Virus record (IMG/VR): IMGVR_UViG_3300017917_002795
Location: 32,001 to 96,000 of that record
Length of the DNA: 64,000 nt
Direction: 5' to 3' (one strand)
Source of the DNA: a virus
The notes below the pieces were generated by a model. The model was not told the origin of the DNA, searched no databases, and saw nothing but the letters and a program-made list of their open reading frames with translations. Each line of letters starts with the position of its first letter. Positions within the stretch are counted from its first letter, which is position 1. A program made the translations under genes and the position numbers. Shown here in pieces: positions 29,808 through 40,274 of the stretch.

Positions 29808-31868
29808 ATGAACAAAATAACAGTGTTATTTCCTGGAGGATTCAAGCCTTTAACTGGAGCTCATCTTGCATTAGCCCAACGTTATGCTGCGTTACCCAAT
29901 GTAGACCGTGTAATACTGCTAATAGGTCCAAAAGATCGAGACGGCATTACACGTGAAAAAACCATTGAAATTTTCAACACATTGAATTCAAATCCACAAA
30001 TTGAAATTCAACCTACTCAATTCAACTCTCCTATTATGGCCGCATATGAATACTTATTTGCATTGCCTGAAGATGCCGTTGGTAATTATGCAATGGCCGC
30101 TTCAACCAAAGGAGATGATTATGTTCGAGCAAAAGCTTTTGTTCCAAACGTAGATAAATACCGAACCGTCGGAGACAAATCCGGACGTAAAATACCACAA
30201 GGTGTTAATGCAACGGAATTGAATTTAGATGTAGATCCATTACTATATAATTCAGGACAACCTATTTCAGCTACCATAGTTCGTCAAGCCATACAAAACA
30301 ATGATTATGACGAATTCCGTGCAGCATATCCAAATAATTCTGATGCTGAAGTACGTAATGCATGGCAAATACTAACCGAAGTACGAGAATCTAACACATG
30401 GCTAGATGAAATTTCTGAAGATGTTATCAAGTTTTTAGAAGGTTATATGGATACTAAAACTGCGGAAAAACACAAATCTAAAATTTCAAAACTAAAACGC
30501 TTTTTGGATTCTAATTTTGGAAAACCATTTACGTATGATTTTGATGAATTTGAAAAAACAGTGGTGGGTGTTAAATTGAATGAAGCTATTCAACTGTTTA
30601 AAGAAGGAGGTGCCGCAGGTCATATGTCACATCCATATGATGATTATGCATTATCTTTTGGTGATATGAAAGAAATTGTTGCTCGAGCTCTTTCTGGACG
30701 ATTAGATATCGAAGAAGCCGTTACTGAAAAGACTGATGGACAAAACATTCAAGTAACATGGAAGAATGGCCAACCTGGTTTTGCTAGAAACAAAGGAACT
30801 GTGATCAATCCAATGACTCCTGATCAGCTGATTGCGGATTTTGAAAGAAAATATCAAGAATCAATACAAAAGAATGGAGCTGAAGCGGCTGAAGGATATA
30901 AACGCGTTGTAGAAGCATACCGAGCATGTGCAGAAGATTTAACAAGCGCATTAACTAAACTTCCGGATGAAACCTTAGCAAAAATATTCAAAAATGGTCG
31001 AGTATTTGCAAACATGGAAATCATTTTTCCAGCCACGCGCAATGTTATATCATATGACAAAGCACATCTTCAATTTCACAATCTAGTTGAATATGATGAA
31101 GCAGGAAATCAAGTTGAAACTGATTTAACTGGAGGAGGAATGCTACAACGTGTCATACAAGATGCAAACGCTCACCTACAAAAAACATTTTCATTTATAC
31201 CACCACAACAAATCAAGATAGGACGCATCACAGATTTTGAAGATCAACAAGCAGCATTTTTCAGTGAAATTGATCAATTACGAAACAAATACAATTTAAA
31301 AGATACGGACCTAGTTTCAGAATATCATAGAGCATGGTGGGCAGATGTAATTCGCTCAAAAGCTCAAGAGTTAGGATATGAAATTCCAGATGATATTTTA
31401 ACCACATTAACTAATCGTTGGGCATTCGCAGATAAAAGCACTAATATATCTATGCTTAAAAAACAAATTGAAAATGCAGACTTTGCCGGTTGGGTAACTG
31501 AATTTGATAAACGTGATTTCAAAACATATCAAAAACAAAACATGGAACCGTTTGAAACAATATTTTTACGGTTAGGTGCAGTAGCATTACGAAATGCAGA
31601 AAATTTCTTAGCTGCAAATCCATCTGCATCAGTTCAACAAATCAAACAAGAAATCGCAGAATTGATCAAAGATCTACAAACACGTGGCGATGAAGCAACT
31701 GTAAAAAAATTAGAACATGAACTTCGTCGCATACAACGCCTAGGAGGTTTTGATGCAATAGTACCATCTGAGGGTGTTGTATTTGTGTACGGAGGGCATA
31801 CATATAAGCTTACAGGATCATTTGCTCCTGTTAATCAAATTTTAGGAGTATTGAAATACGCGCGGTGA
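29808..31868 (+). CDS. Fusion of an HxGH-type (cytidylyltransferase-like) domain and a ligase-like adenylyltransferase domain
   Basis: N-terminal FPGGFKPLTGAH..ISATIVR; C-terminal EKTDGQN (KxDG), NMEII, EGVVF, YKLTG. Confidence 0.65.
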   Translation: MNKITVLFPGGFKPLTGAHLALAQRYAALPNVDRVILLIGPKDRDGITREKTIEIFNTLNSNPQIEIQPTQFNSPIMAAYEYLFALPEDAVGNYAMAASTKGDDYVRAKAFVPNVDKYRTVGDKSGRKIPQGVNATELNLDVDPLLYNSGQPISATIVRQAIQNNDYDEFRAAYPNNSDAEVRNAWQILTEVRESNTWLDEISEDVIKFLEGYMDTKTAEKHKSKISKLKRFLDSNFGKPFTYDFDEFEKTVVGVKLNEAIQLFKEGGAAGHMSHPYDDYALSFGDMKEIVARALSGRLDIEEAVTEKTDGQNIQVTWKNGQPGFARNKGTVINPMTPDQLIADFERKYQESIQKNGAEAAEGYKRVVEAYRACAEDLTSALTKLPDETLAKIFKNGRVFANMEIIFPATRNVISYDKAHLQFHNLVEYDEAGNQVETDLTGGGMLQRVIQDANAHLQKTFSFIPPQQIKIGRITDFEDQQAAFFSEIDQLRNKYNLKDTDLVSEYHRAWWADVIRSKAQELGYEIPDDILTTLTNRWAFADKSTNISMLKKQIENADFAGWVTEFDKRDFKTYQKQNMEPFETIFLRLGAVALRNAENFLAANPSASVQQIKQEIAELIKDLQTRGDEATVKKLEHELRRIQRLGGFDAIVPSEGVVFVYGGHTYKLTGSFAPVNQILGVLKYAR

Positions 31869-31907
31869 TATATTTATATTATATTTATATAGAAAATAGG
31901 ACGAGTA

Positions 31908-32786
31908 ATGGCTGAAAAACATAAAAGCAAATACAAGAAACCAGAAAATAAGAAACCAACATATCGTAAAGATTTAAAAGATTATACGATGGATGATAAA
32001 GAAGGTAAATTGAATCCACATTCTACCAAAGAAAAACAAAGCAATGTTTTGCGTAAAACTGATAAAGATGTTGTAGATGATGGAAAATTTGATGTTAAAT
32101 ACAATGCCGACGATCGTCTTTACAAAGATTTAGAAGATGCTGATTATGATCCAAAACATGCTGCTAAGGTCATGAAAAAGCGTCAAGAAAAAGATGAAAA
32201 AGATAATGCTAAAAACATCAAAGACCGCATAGAAAATTTAACGCGCGAACAAAAAGAACATTTAGTTCGAGAATATGTTAAAAGAAAATTCATCTCTGCA
32301 TTATTTGAACAAGCACCACCTGCACCAGAAGAAGAAGAAGCTCCGGCAGAAGAAACACCAGCAGAACCAACACCTCCTGCAGATGCCGCAGCTCCAACTG
32401 ACGCAGCCGCCCCGGCTCCCGATGCCGCAGCACCGCCTGCACCTGATATGGCAGCACCTCCAGTAGATGCTGCAGCAACTCCTCCTGCTACTCCAGATGC
32501 AACAGCAGCACCAGAAGCACCTGCACCAGAAGAAGAATCTCCAGAAGCAGCAGCTGAAGAAGATTTAGCAAAACAAAAAATTGCATTAAAATACTGGGAT
32601 GAAATACTAGCAAGTCAAAAAGGTCCTAATAGTTTAGTAGATGCTGGATTTGATCCATTAGCAAAAGCATTAGCAAATTTAGGTCCAAAAGATTTGCGAT
32701 TAGCTAAAATAATGATTCTTCGCAGATTAGGTAAAATTCATCCAGCCTCACTTGCAAAACAATCAACAAATAAAACGCCAGAATAA
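31908..32786 (+). CDS. Hypothetical protein with charged N-terminus and Pro/Ala/Glu-rich linker
   Basis: 292 aa; tandem ATATTTATA upstream; APPADAAAP low-complexity tract. Confidence 0.7.
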   Translation: MAEKHKSKYKKPENKKPTYRKDLKDYTMDDKEGKLNPHSTKEKQSNVLRKTDKDVVDDGKFDVKYNADDRLYKDLEDADYDPKHAAKVMKKRQEKDEKDNAKNIKDRIENLTREQKEHLVREYVKRKFISALFEQAPPAPEEEEAPAEETPAEPTPPADAAAPTDAAAPAPDAAAPPAPDMAAPPVDAAATPPATPDATAAPEAPAPEEESPEAAAEEDLAKQKIALKYWDEILASQKGPNSLVDAGFDPLAKALANLGPKDLRLAKIMILRRLGKIHPASLAKQSTNKTPE

Positions 32787-32787
32787 T

Positions 32788-33426
32788 ATGTCAAAAAACA
32801 AGTTACAAAACATCAAAGCCCTTCAACAAATGTTAGAAGGCGACCACAAGTTTCAAACAAAAAAGACCACCGGATTTTCCGATGCCAAAGAAACAGCTAA
32901 ACGCAATCAACGCCATGAGGTTGGTGATGTGTGGGAAGAAACAGATGCCCATGGCAACGTATATGTTATAGAACAACGAGATGGATTTCGAGTACGTAAA
33001 ACAAAGAATTCAGATGTTTTTCAACAAATACGTGATGAATTAAAATCATTTCCTAAGTGTCGTAAAGAAACATGCACATGCACAACACCAAATCACCTAG
33101 ATGAAAAAATGCGTAAATTCAATGGTATGTGTTATGATTGTACAATTGAGTTTGAACATGAAATGCGTAAAGCTGGTACTTATGATGCATATGAACGAGA
33201 ACGCGTTAAGAACAATGCACTAGCCTGGCTTAAAACAGCCGAACAAGATTTAACTATGTTAAAACAAACATATACGGAAGCTGCTAAATTTGTTACTAAT
33301 GCAGATGGAGAAGTAGAAACATATGCTGCTCGTATGACACCAGAACAATTCAATGAACAAGTTGAAGAACAATTTAATAAATTTAAAGAACGATTTTTAT
33401 CAAGAATAGAAGGAGAAAAACAATGA
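32788..33426 (+). CDS. Hypothetical protein with Cys cluster (possible Zn binding)
   Basis: Start moved to ATG 32788; CRKETCTC..CYDC. Confidence 0.65.
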   Translation: MSKNKLQNIKALQQMLEGDHKFQTKKTTGFSDAKETAKRNQRHEVGDVWEETDAHGNVYVIEQRDGFRVRKTKNSDVFQQIRDELKSFPKCRKETCTCTTPNHLDEKMRKFNGMCYDCTIEFEHEMRKAGTYDAYERERVKNNALAWLKTAEQDLTMLKQTYTEAAKFVTNADGEVETYAARMTPEQFNEQVEEQFNKFKERFLSRIEGEKQ

Positions 33427-33770
33427 AAACAATTAAAAAATATTGGGCATTAATCATCGCTGGACTTTTAGGAATTTTAAGTTTAACAGTATTTTTAGGT
33501 AAGAAACGATCAGCAAAACAAGTTGATAAAATTGATGATGTGATAGATCAAAACAACAAACAAGTTGATATTAATGCTGGAAAAATTGAAGTTATCGAAG
33601 AAATAAAACAAGATGTTAAAGAAGAAATTGTTGAAGTAAAAGAAGATATTGTAGCATTAGAAGAACAAAAAACAAAGCCAGTTGCTTCAAAAAAACCTAA
33701 ATCTGCAAAAGCTGCTAAAGAAAATATACTTAGCAAAACAAACAAGAAAAAAAGTTCAAAAAAGAAATAG
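33423..33770 (+). CDS. Membrane-anchored coiled-coil protein (possible spanin/lysis component)
   Basis: N-terminal TM helix, coiled coil, basic tail; AAGGAG RBS. Confidence 0.5.
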   Translation: MKTIKKYWALIIAGLLGILSLTVFLGKKRSAKQVDKIDDVIDQNNKQVDINAGKIEVIEEIKQDVKEEIVEVKEDIVALEEQKTKPVASKKPKSAKAAKENILSKTNKKKSSKKK

Positions 33771-33772
33771 TT

Positions 33773-34159
33773 ATGAAACTATTAATCATTGTATTGGCAT
33801 TCATTCCATGGGTTGGGTTAGGACAAACCAAAATTCCAGATACATGTTTTACAACAGAAGAATTATATTCTATTTCTCAAACATTAGATTCATTATGGAT
33901 TATTGATTCATTGAATAATGCAATTATTTCTAAACAACATGATTTAGTTAAAAAGTATGAATCAGTGATACAATTAGATTCTTTACAACTCAATTATCAA
34001 AAACAACAAGTTGAATTGCTACAAAAGAACATAGATTTGTATATTCAACGTGAAAAATATTTTCAACCAAAGTGGTATGATAACAAAGCCATATGGTTTG
34101 GAAGTGGAATTGTTACTGTATTTTTAACAGCATTTTCTCTTTCATTAATAGTAAATTAA
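33773..34159 (+). CDS. Exported coiled-coil protein with C-terminal TM helix (possible spanin-like)
   Basis: Signal peptide (..GLG|Q), coiled coil, C-terminal hydrophobic helix. Confidence 0.5.
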   Translation: MKLLIIVLAFIPWVGLGQTKIPDTCFTTEELYSISQTLDSLWIIDSLNNAIISKQHDLVKKYESVIQLDSLQLNYQKQQVELLQKNIDLYIQREKYFQPKWYDNKAIWFGSGIVTVFLTAFSLSLIVN

Positions 34160-34160
34160 T

Positions 34161-35738
34161 ATGTCGCAACCGAATATAAAACAGATCATACAGCAACAGT
34201 ACGCAATGTGTGCTAAAGATCCTGTTTTTTTCATGAAGCAATACTGTTATATTCAACATCCTAAAAAAGGAAAGATTAAATTTAATTTATTCCCATTCCA
34301 GGAAGATTCATTAACTGAGTTACGTGATAATCGATACAGTGTAATTTTAAAATCACGGCAGTTAGGTATTTCAACCTTATCAGCAGGATTTGCGTTATGG
34401 AGCATGTTGTTCAAAGAAGATTTCAATGTGCTTGTTATTGCAACCACTCAAGAAGTAGCAAAGAACCTTGTTACCAAAGTGCGAGTGATGCATGAAAATT
34501 TACCGAGTTGGCTGAAAGGAAATGTTGAAGCAGACAATAAACTATCCCTTAAATTTAAGAATGGTTCACAAATTAAAGCTGTATCATCAGCCACTACCGG
34601 TGCGCGTTCAGAAGCATTATCCCTTTTAATCATTGATGAAGCTGCTTTTATACGTAACATAGAAGAAATATGGATAGCATCACAAGCAACCCTATCAACA
34701 GGTGGTGGTGCAATTGTGCTTTCTACTCCTAATGGTGTAGGTAACTGGTTTCATCAAACATGGGCTGATGCAGAAGCTGATATTAATGGATTTCACACAA
34801 TCAAACTGCATTGGACAGTGCATCCAGAACGAGATCAAGCATGGCGCGATCAACAAACACAGTTATTAGGAGAACGTGGTGCTGCTCAGGAGTGTGATTG
34901 CGATTTCATTTCGTCTGGTCACACTGTTGTTGAAGGTGCCATACTAATGGAATATGAAGCTCAATGCACCGAACCAATAGAACGACGAGGAGTTGATGGT
35001 GCTTATTGGATTTGGGAGTATCCGGATTATTCAAAAGATTACATAGTAGTAGCAGACGTTGCTCGGGGTGATAGTAGTGACTGGTCTGCATTTCATGTAA
35101 TTGACATTCAATCTGTAACACAGGTTGCTGAATTCAAAGGTAAAATTCCACCTAATGAGTTTGGAAATATGCTTGTAAGTGTTGCCACAGAATGGAATAC
35201 GGCACTATTAGCTATTGAAAATGCAAACATAGGTTGGGCTGCAATTCAGCCGGCTATTGATCGAAACTATCCAAATCTACATTATACATATCGCGAAGAT
35301 GGTTATACAGATGCAGAAGTTCAACTCAAGAAGAACTATGATATGCAGGATAAAACAAAGATGGTACCGGGTGTATCAACCACAAGTAGAACTCGTCCAT
35401 TAATGATATCATCTTTAGAAATGTATATGCGTGAACGAACACCAGTTATCCGTAGCAAACGACTTATTCAAGAATTGTTTGTGTTTGTGTGGTTAAATGG
35501 TAAAGCTCAATCACAAAACGGTTACAATGATGATTTGGTGATGTCGTTTTGTATTGGATTATGGTTACGAGACACAGCATTACGACTTCGTCAGCAAGGA
35601 ATTGACTTAAACAAACGAGCTATTTCTAATTTTCGACGAACAGATACTAGCATCTTTACCAATAAAAATCAAAGACCAGATTCTGGGTGGTCATGGAACA
35701 ATGGGTTCAACGACGAGAATTTAACCTGGCTTCTTTAA
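34161..35738 (+). CDS. terL: Terminase large subunit (gp17-like)
   Basis: LFPFQ, KSRQLGIST, LLIIDEAAF, LSTPNG, ADVARG, DDLVMS. Confidence 0.95.
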   Translation: MSQPNIKQIIQQQYAMCAKDPVFFMKQYCYIQHPKKGKIKFNLFPFQEDSLTELRDNRYSVILKSRQLGISTLSAGFALWSMLFKEDFNVLVIATTQEVAKNLVTKVRVMHENLPSWLKGNVEADNKLSLKFKNGSQIKAVSSATTGARSEALSLLIIDEAAFIRNIEEIWIASQATLSTGGGAIVLSTPNGVGNWFHQTWADAEADINGFHTIKLHWTVHPERDQAWRDQQTQLLGERGAAQECDCDFISSGHTVVEGAILMEYEAQCTEPIERRGVDGAYWIWEYPDYSKDYIVVADVARGDSSDWSAFHVIDIQSVTQVAEFKGKIPPNEFGNMLVSVATEWNTALLAIENANIGWAAIQPAIDRNYPNLHYTYREDGYTDAEVQLKKNYDMQDKTKMVPGVSTTSRTRPLMISSLEMYMRERTPVIRSKRLIQELFVFVWLNGKAQSQNGYNDDLVMSFCIGLWLRDTALRLRQQGIDLNKRAISNFRRTDTSIFTNKNQRPDSGWSWNNGFNDENLTWLL

Positions 35739-35766
35739 TTAGTTATATTTATATTAAAAAAATAAT

Positions 35767-37602
35767 ATGGCGTCACTTAGAAAACGTTTAAATAACCTAT
35801 TCAATACCAATGTAATTGTACGTGCATATGGTAAAGATCGTTTACGTGTTGTAGATACAAATCATCTTCAATCAGCTGGTAACTTAAATCAAACTAAAAT
35901 AGCCGACCGTTATACTAGACTGCATGGTGCAAATCGTCATCGTGTTGGAGGAATGGGTGGCTATGATTCTAATTACTATATGCATCAAAACCGTATGCAG
36001 TTATATACGGATTATGAAATGATGGATAAAGATCCCATTATTAGTGCTGCATTAGATATTTACGCAGATGAATCAACATTAGCGGATCAGTTTGGTGATA
36101 TTTTAACAATCAAAACCAACAAAACAAACATTCAAAAGATACTTTACAATTTATTTTATGATGTATTAAACATTGAATTCAATATGTGGCCATGGATTCG
36201 TAACATGGTAAAATATGGAGATTTCTTTTTGAAATTGGATATTGCAGATGAATTAGGTGTCATTAATGCTCGTCCATTTTCAAGCTATGAAGTAGAACGT
36301 TGGGAAGAATTTGATGAAGAATCAGGTGACTATAAAATTAAGTTTCGCCATGCTTCTAGTCCTAACTTAATGTATGATGTATTTGAGGTAGCACATTTCA
36401 GAATGCTATCCGATTCAAATTTTTTACCATATGGTAGGAGCATGTTAGAAGGAGCTCGTAAAGAATTTCAAAAACTAACAATGCTTGAAGATGCAATGCT
36501 TATTCACCGCATCATGAGAGCTCCAGAAAAACGTATTTTCAAAATTGATATCGGTAATATTCCACCAAATGAAGTTGATTCTTTCATGGAACAGATCATC
36601 AATAAAATGAAAAAAATTCCGCACGTTGATCAAAATACAGGTAACTATAATCTTAAATTTAATTTGAACAACATGTTAGAAGATTACTATTTACCAGTTC
36701 GCGGTGGTCAATCATCTACAGCAATTGACACATTACCTGGAATGCAATTTACCGGTATCGATGATATTGAATATGTGAAAAACAAAATGATGGCTGGATT
36801 GAAGATACCTAAATCATTCTTAGGATATGGCGAAGCAGTTGAAGGTAAAACTACATTAGCATCATTAGATATTCGATTCGCAAGAACAATTGAACGAATT
36901 CAAAAAATAGTTTGCTCAGAATTATATAAAATAGCAATCGTGCATTTAGCTACACAAGGTTATGAAAATGAAGATCTAGTTGGATTTGAATTAGAACTAA
37001 CAGCACCATCAATTATATATGATCAGCAAAAAGTTGCATTAATGACTGAAAAGATGACATTAGCAACTAGCATGAAAGATAGCAAATTAGTATCAGACAA
37101 GTACATATATGAATATATCTTTAATATGTCTGAAGAACAATGGTTAGAAGAAAGAACCAATGTTATTGAAGATTTGAAACTTAGATTCCGTCAAAATCAA
37201 ATTGAACAGGAAGGAAATGATCCATCTGTAACTGGCGTGTCATATGGAACGCCACATGATTTAGCTTCAATGCACATGAGCTCCGATGAAGTAGAAGAAA
37301 AAGATAAAGGAGGTCGTCCAAAAGAAGGAATTAAATTTGGTCAACATAAAAACGCATTTGGATGGGATCCAACCGGCAAAAAAGAAATTGACCAAGCATT
37401 TAATCCGGAAAATCAAAAAACCACATTTTTATCTGATCCGCGCAGAGAAAGAAAATTGGATTTAGCATCAGAGAATGTTATCAAGGCATTGAAAATAAAG
37501 AAACCTAAACGACGTAATGTGATATTAGAAACATTGAACACTACTAATAACACTGATATTTCTGATGCTGGAACATTATTAGATGAGAATAATATACTAT
37601 AA
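35767..37602 (+). CDS. Portal protein (gp20-like)
   Basis: YEMMD.DPIISAALDIYADE, LEDAMLIHRIMRAPEKRIFKIDIGNIP, EDYYLPVRG, IDTLPG. Confidence 0.95.
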   Translation: MASLRKRLNNLFNTNVIVRAYGKDRLRVVDTNHLQSAGNLNQTKIADRYTRLHGANRHRVGGMGGYDSNYYMHQNRMQLYTDYEMMDKDPIISAALDIYADESTLADQFGDILTIKTNKTNIQKILYNLFYDVLNIEFNMWPWIRNMVKYGDFFLKLDIADELGVINARPFSSYEVERWEEFDEESGDYKIKFRHASSPNLMYDVFEVAHFRMLSDSNFLPYGRSMLEGARKEFQKLTMLEDAMLIHRIMRAPEKRIFKIDIGNIPPNEVDSFMEQIINKMKKIPHVDQNTGNYNLKFNLNNMLEDYYLPVRGGQSSTAIDTLPGMQFTGIDDIEYVKNKMMAGLKIPKSFLGYGEAVEGKTTLASLDIRFARTIERIQKIVCSELYKIAIVHLATQGYENEDLVGFELELTAPSIIYDQQKVALMTEKMTLATSMKDSKLVSDKYIYEYIFNMSEEQWLEERTNVIEDLKLRFRQNQIEQEGNDPSVTGVSYGTPHDLASMHMSSDEVEEKDKGGRPKEGIKFGQHKNAFGWDPTGKKEIDQAFNPENQKTTFLSDPRRERKLDLASENVIKALKIKKPKRRNVILETLNTTNNTDISDAGTLLDENNIL

Positions 37603-37632
37603 CATATTTATTTAAAAGTGTTGAAAATTAAT

Positions 37633-38487
37633 ATGAAAAAACTTAAACATTCGAAGTATAAAAATACTGGCATTCTTTTTGAAATGCTTGTACAGAAATT
37701 AACATCGGAAACGTTATCTTCAAACAAATCAATAACCATTGATATCATTAAAAAATATTTTGGAAAAAACACAGAACTTTCAAAGGAATTACAATTATAC
37801 AATGCATTGATTAAAGAACAACACAAAACTGAAGCTCGTGCCTTAGATTTTATTCGCACAGTTAAAGATACCCATAAAAAATTAAATCAAACCGTATTAA
37901 CCCGTCAAAAATATAATTTAGTTAAGGAAATTTCTGAGAATTTTGTTTTTGAAAATATGTCAAAAATTCACATTGGAAACTACAAAGCTCTTGCATCAAT
38001 TTACATGTTGTTTGAATATGATGAAACGGATAATCCAAAACAAATTATGGAATGTAAGAATGTAATTTTAGAAAATGTTCTTTTGCATGACCGCAACAAA
38101 TCAACAAAAGATCCGATATTAGAAGCATTTGAACAACAAGATAAAGATGTTCGTTTATTAACATATAAATTTCTTATTGATAAATTCAACACAAAATATT
38201 CATCAACGCTATCAGAATCACAGAAACAATTGTTGAATAAATACATCACCAATGTTAATGATACTGAAGCACTTCGAGAATACGTTCAAAAGATCATTCC
38301 AACTATCAAAAAACAACTTGCTGCAAGTTCTAAACGAATTGAGGATGTGGTAACTAAAATTAAAGTTGAAAAACTTTCAGAAATGCTTTGCAATGTTGAA
38401 TCAATCAAAAAACTTAAAGAATCACATATATTAAACTTAATGAGATATATGGATTTAGTTGATGAATTAAATGAAGTAAGTGCATGA
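37633..38487 (+). CDS. Hypothetical head-module protein
   Basis: Start moved to ATG 37633 (MKKLKHSKYKNTGILFE); lies between portal and protease. Confidence 0.7.
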   Translation: MKKLKHSKYKNTGILFEMLVQKLTSETLSSNKSITIDIIKKYFGKNTELSKELQLYNALIKEQHKTEARALDFIRTVKDTHKKLNQTVLTRQKYNLVKEISENFVFENMSKIHIGNYKALASIYMLFEYDETDNPKQIMECKNVILENVLLHDRNKSTKDPILEAFEQQDKDVRLLTYKFLIDKFNTKYSSTLSESQKQLLNKYITNVNDTEALREYVQKIIPTIKKQLAASSKRIEDVVTKIKVEKLSEMLCNVESIKKLKESHILNLMRYMDLVDELNEVSA

Positions 38488-39194
38488 AATCATTCTTACA
38501 ACAAATAGAAGAAGCATTTGAAGCAGTTGATAAAACTGATGATATCATTGATGATATTGCAAATCGCCATGATAATATCGAAGATGAATTAGAAGAAGTA
38601 TCTACATCTGGTGGTGCTGGTGCATATATGACACCAAATGCATTCTCTCCAGCTGATGATGATACTGTTGAAGTATTAGGATATAAACGAGTACGAGAAT
38701 CCGTTAACACGCCACCATCATATAAATTAGGACAATATCAAAGTCCAGAATCTGCAGAAGAAGAATGGAATGATAAATTTCCTTTTTCTACTAAAAAATG
38801 GTATAATTCGGATATGAAATATCCATCAGTTGATATGACAGAAACGCCTAGTAGAACACGTAAAGAAGATGTTCCTAAAATATCTTCACAGCGTGTTTTA
38901 GCAGATATAGTAAATGAAGCGTTGGATATAAAATATGAACAACTAGTTGAATCATATCGTTCATATAAAACTGCATCTGGTGATAAAAAGCCGTCTAAAA
39001 CTATAAAAGAAACCATTACAAACATTGCACGTCAACTCAAAGAAATTGAAGATTCAGTAAACCATGCATCTCGATTTAAAAATGAATCAGGCGTTACATC
39101 ATCTGCATATGGTCCTAGCACAACACGCGCATTAACCAAAATATCAGAAAGATTAATTAAAATATCAGAACGAGTAAGAACGTTAGGGGAGTAA
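38484..39194 (+). CDS. Hypothetical prohead core-like protein
   Basis: Several I/L/V-x-E sites; head-module context. Confidence 0.6.
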   Translation: MKSFLQQIEEAFEAVDKTDDIIDDIANRHDNIEDELEEVSTSGGAGAYMTPNAFSPADDDTVEVLGYKRVRESVNTPPSYKLGQYQSPESAEEEWNDKFPFSTKKWYNSDMKYPSVDMTETPSRTRKEDVPKISSQRVLADIVNEALDIKYEQLVESYRSYKTASGDKKPSKTIKETITNIARQLKEIEDSVNHASRFKNESGVTSSAYGPSTTRALTKISERLIKISERVRTLGE

Positions 39195-39195
39195 A

Positions 39196-39825
39196 ATGTC
39201 AAAACAACTATTAGTAGAATTCATGCCATTTCATCCGATTAGTTCATTAAATGAAACTAGCGGTGCTGCATTTGGCATTCCAGGAGGTTTTGTCGTACAA
39301 GGAGTTTTACAAAGAGCAGGTGCTAAAAATCAAAACGGTCGTGTATATCCTAAACCAATATTACATAGAGAATGTGTTCGATATCAAAAAGAATATATCG
39401 ATCAGCACCGAGCATTAGGAGAATTAGATCACCCAGAATCATCAGTAGTCAACTTAAACAATGTGTCACACAATGTTTTGAAAATATGGTGGGATGGTGA
39501 TGATTTAAAAGGTGCAGTTCAAATTCTAGATACTCCATCTGGAAATATTTTGAAATCATTGTTTAAGGCTGGCATCACATTAGGTATTTCTAGTCGCGGT
39601 TTAGGCTCTGTTAAAGAATTGCGAAATGAGGGAGTAGTTGAAGTTCAAGAAGATTTTGAATTAATATGTTGGGACTTCGTGTCTAATCCTTCGACTCATG
39701 GTGCTTTTATGCGGCCTACAAGGATGAATGAATCAACTGATAATAATATAGAACAAAATAAATACGCACGTGTAAATCAAATCATTACGTCGATTTTGTG
39801 TGAAGATGGTAAATGTAGGATATAA
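39196..39825 (+). CDS. Prohead core protease (gp21-like)
   Basis: NQNGRVYP, GELDHPE, GISSRGLGS, DFVSNPST. Confidence 0.93.
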   Translation: MSKQLLVEFMPFHPISSLNETSGAAFGIPGGFVVQGVLQRAGAKNQNGRVYPKPILHRECVRYQKEYIDQHRALGELDHPESSVVNLNNVSHNVLKIWWDGDDLKGAVQILDTPSGNILKSLFKAGITLGISSRGLGSVKELRNEGVVEVQEDFELICWDFVSNPSTHGAFMRPTRMNESTDNNIEQNKYARVNQIITSILCEDGKCRI

Positions 39826-39827
39826 AA

Positions 39828-40232
39828 ATGGGAAAGAAACTAGAAACTTTAAAAAATTTATTATATGAAATGGATTCTAAAAAGAATGTGTTTCAAGAAG
39901 GTCCAGCTCCGTTAACATTAGAAGAAAAACGAGCTTTTTCAGAATCATTAAAAACATTTTCGCAGTTAGGCGAATCTGTGTATAGCAAAAGAAAATTAGA
40001 AGAAGCTGTAACTACCATTGAACGAATGGTTGAAACTGCACGTAGATTGGTTAATGAAGCATCTGACGATGTTGTAGAATCAACTGCGGCTGGTCGTCAT
40101 TTCAATTATATGGATAATGCTTTGAAAGAATTCAAAAAATCAGCCAATGAAATTTTGATTCATGAACGTCGTTGTTCACAGGCATATGAAGACATTGCAG
40201 AAGGCCTTAAAAAATATTATGATGTTGGATAA
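39828..40232 (+). CDS. Hypothetical helical protein
   Basis: 134 aa ORF; leader ending LKNLLYE. Confidence 0.65.
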   Translation: MGKKLETLKNLLYEMDSKKNVFQEGPAPLTLEEKRAFSESLKTFSQLGESVYSKRKLEEAVTTIERMVETARRLVNEASDDVVESTAAGRHFNYMDNALKEFKKSANEILIHERRCSQAYEDIAEGLKKYYDVG

Positions 40233-40233
40233 T

Positions 40234-40262
40234 TTGGATTCGTAAAACAAATTCAATATATT
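40234..40262 (+). promoter_or_regulatory. Putative promoter TTGGAT-N17-TATATT upstream of 40275 and bS21
   Basis: Same spacing as the copies at 845, 3890 and 22287. Confidence 0.55.
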
Positions 40263-40274
40263 ATAAAGGTAAGT

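Noticed and set aside
29808-30400. Complete phage NAD reconstitution pathway
   Set aside because: Only a variant HxGH domain is present; no nicotinamide phosphoribosyltransferase-like partner was recognised in the window.
32310-32560. GC-rich tract suggesting foreign DNA or an RNA gene
   Set aside because: It is explained by Pro/Ala codons in a low-complexity linker.
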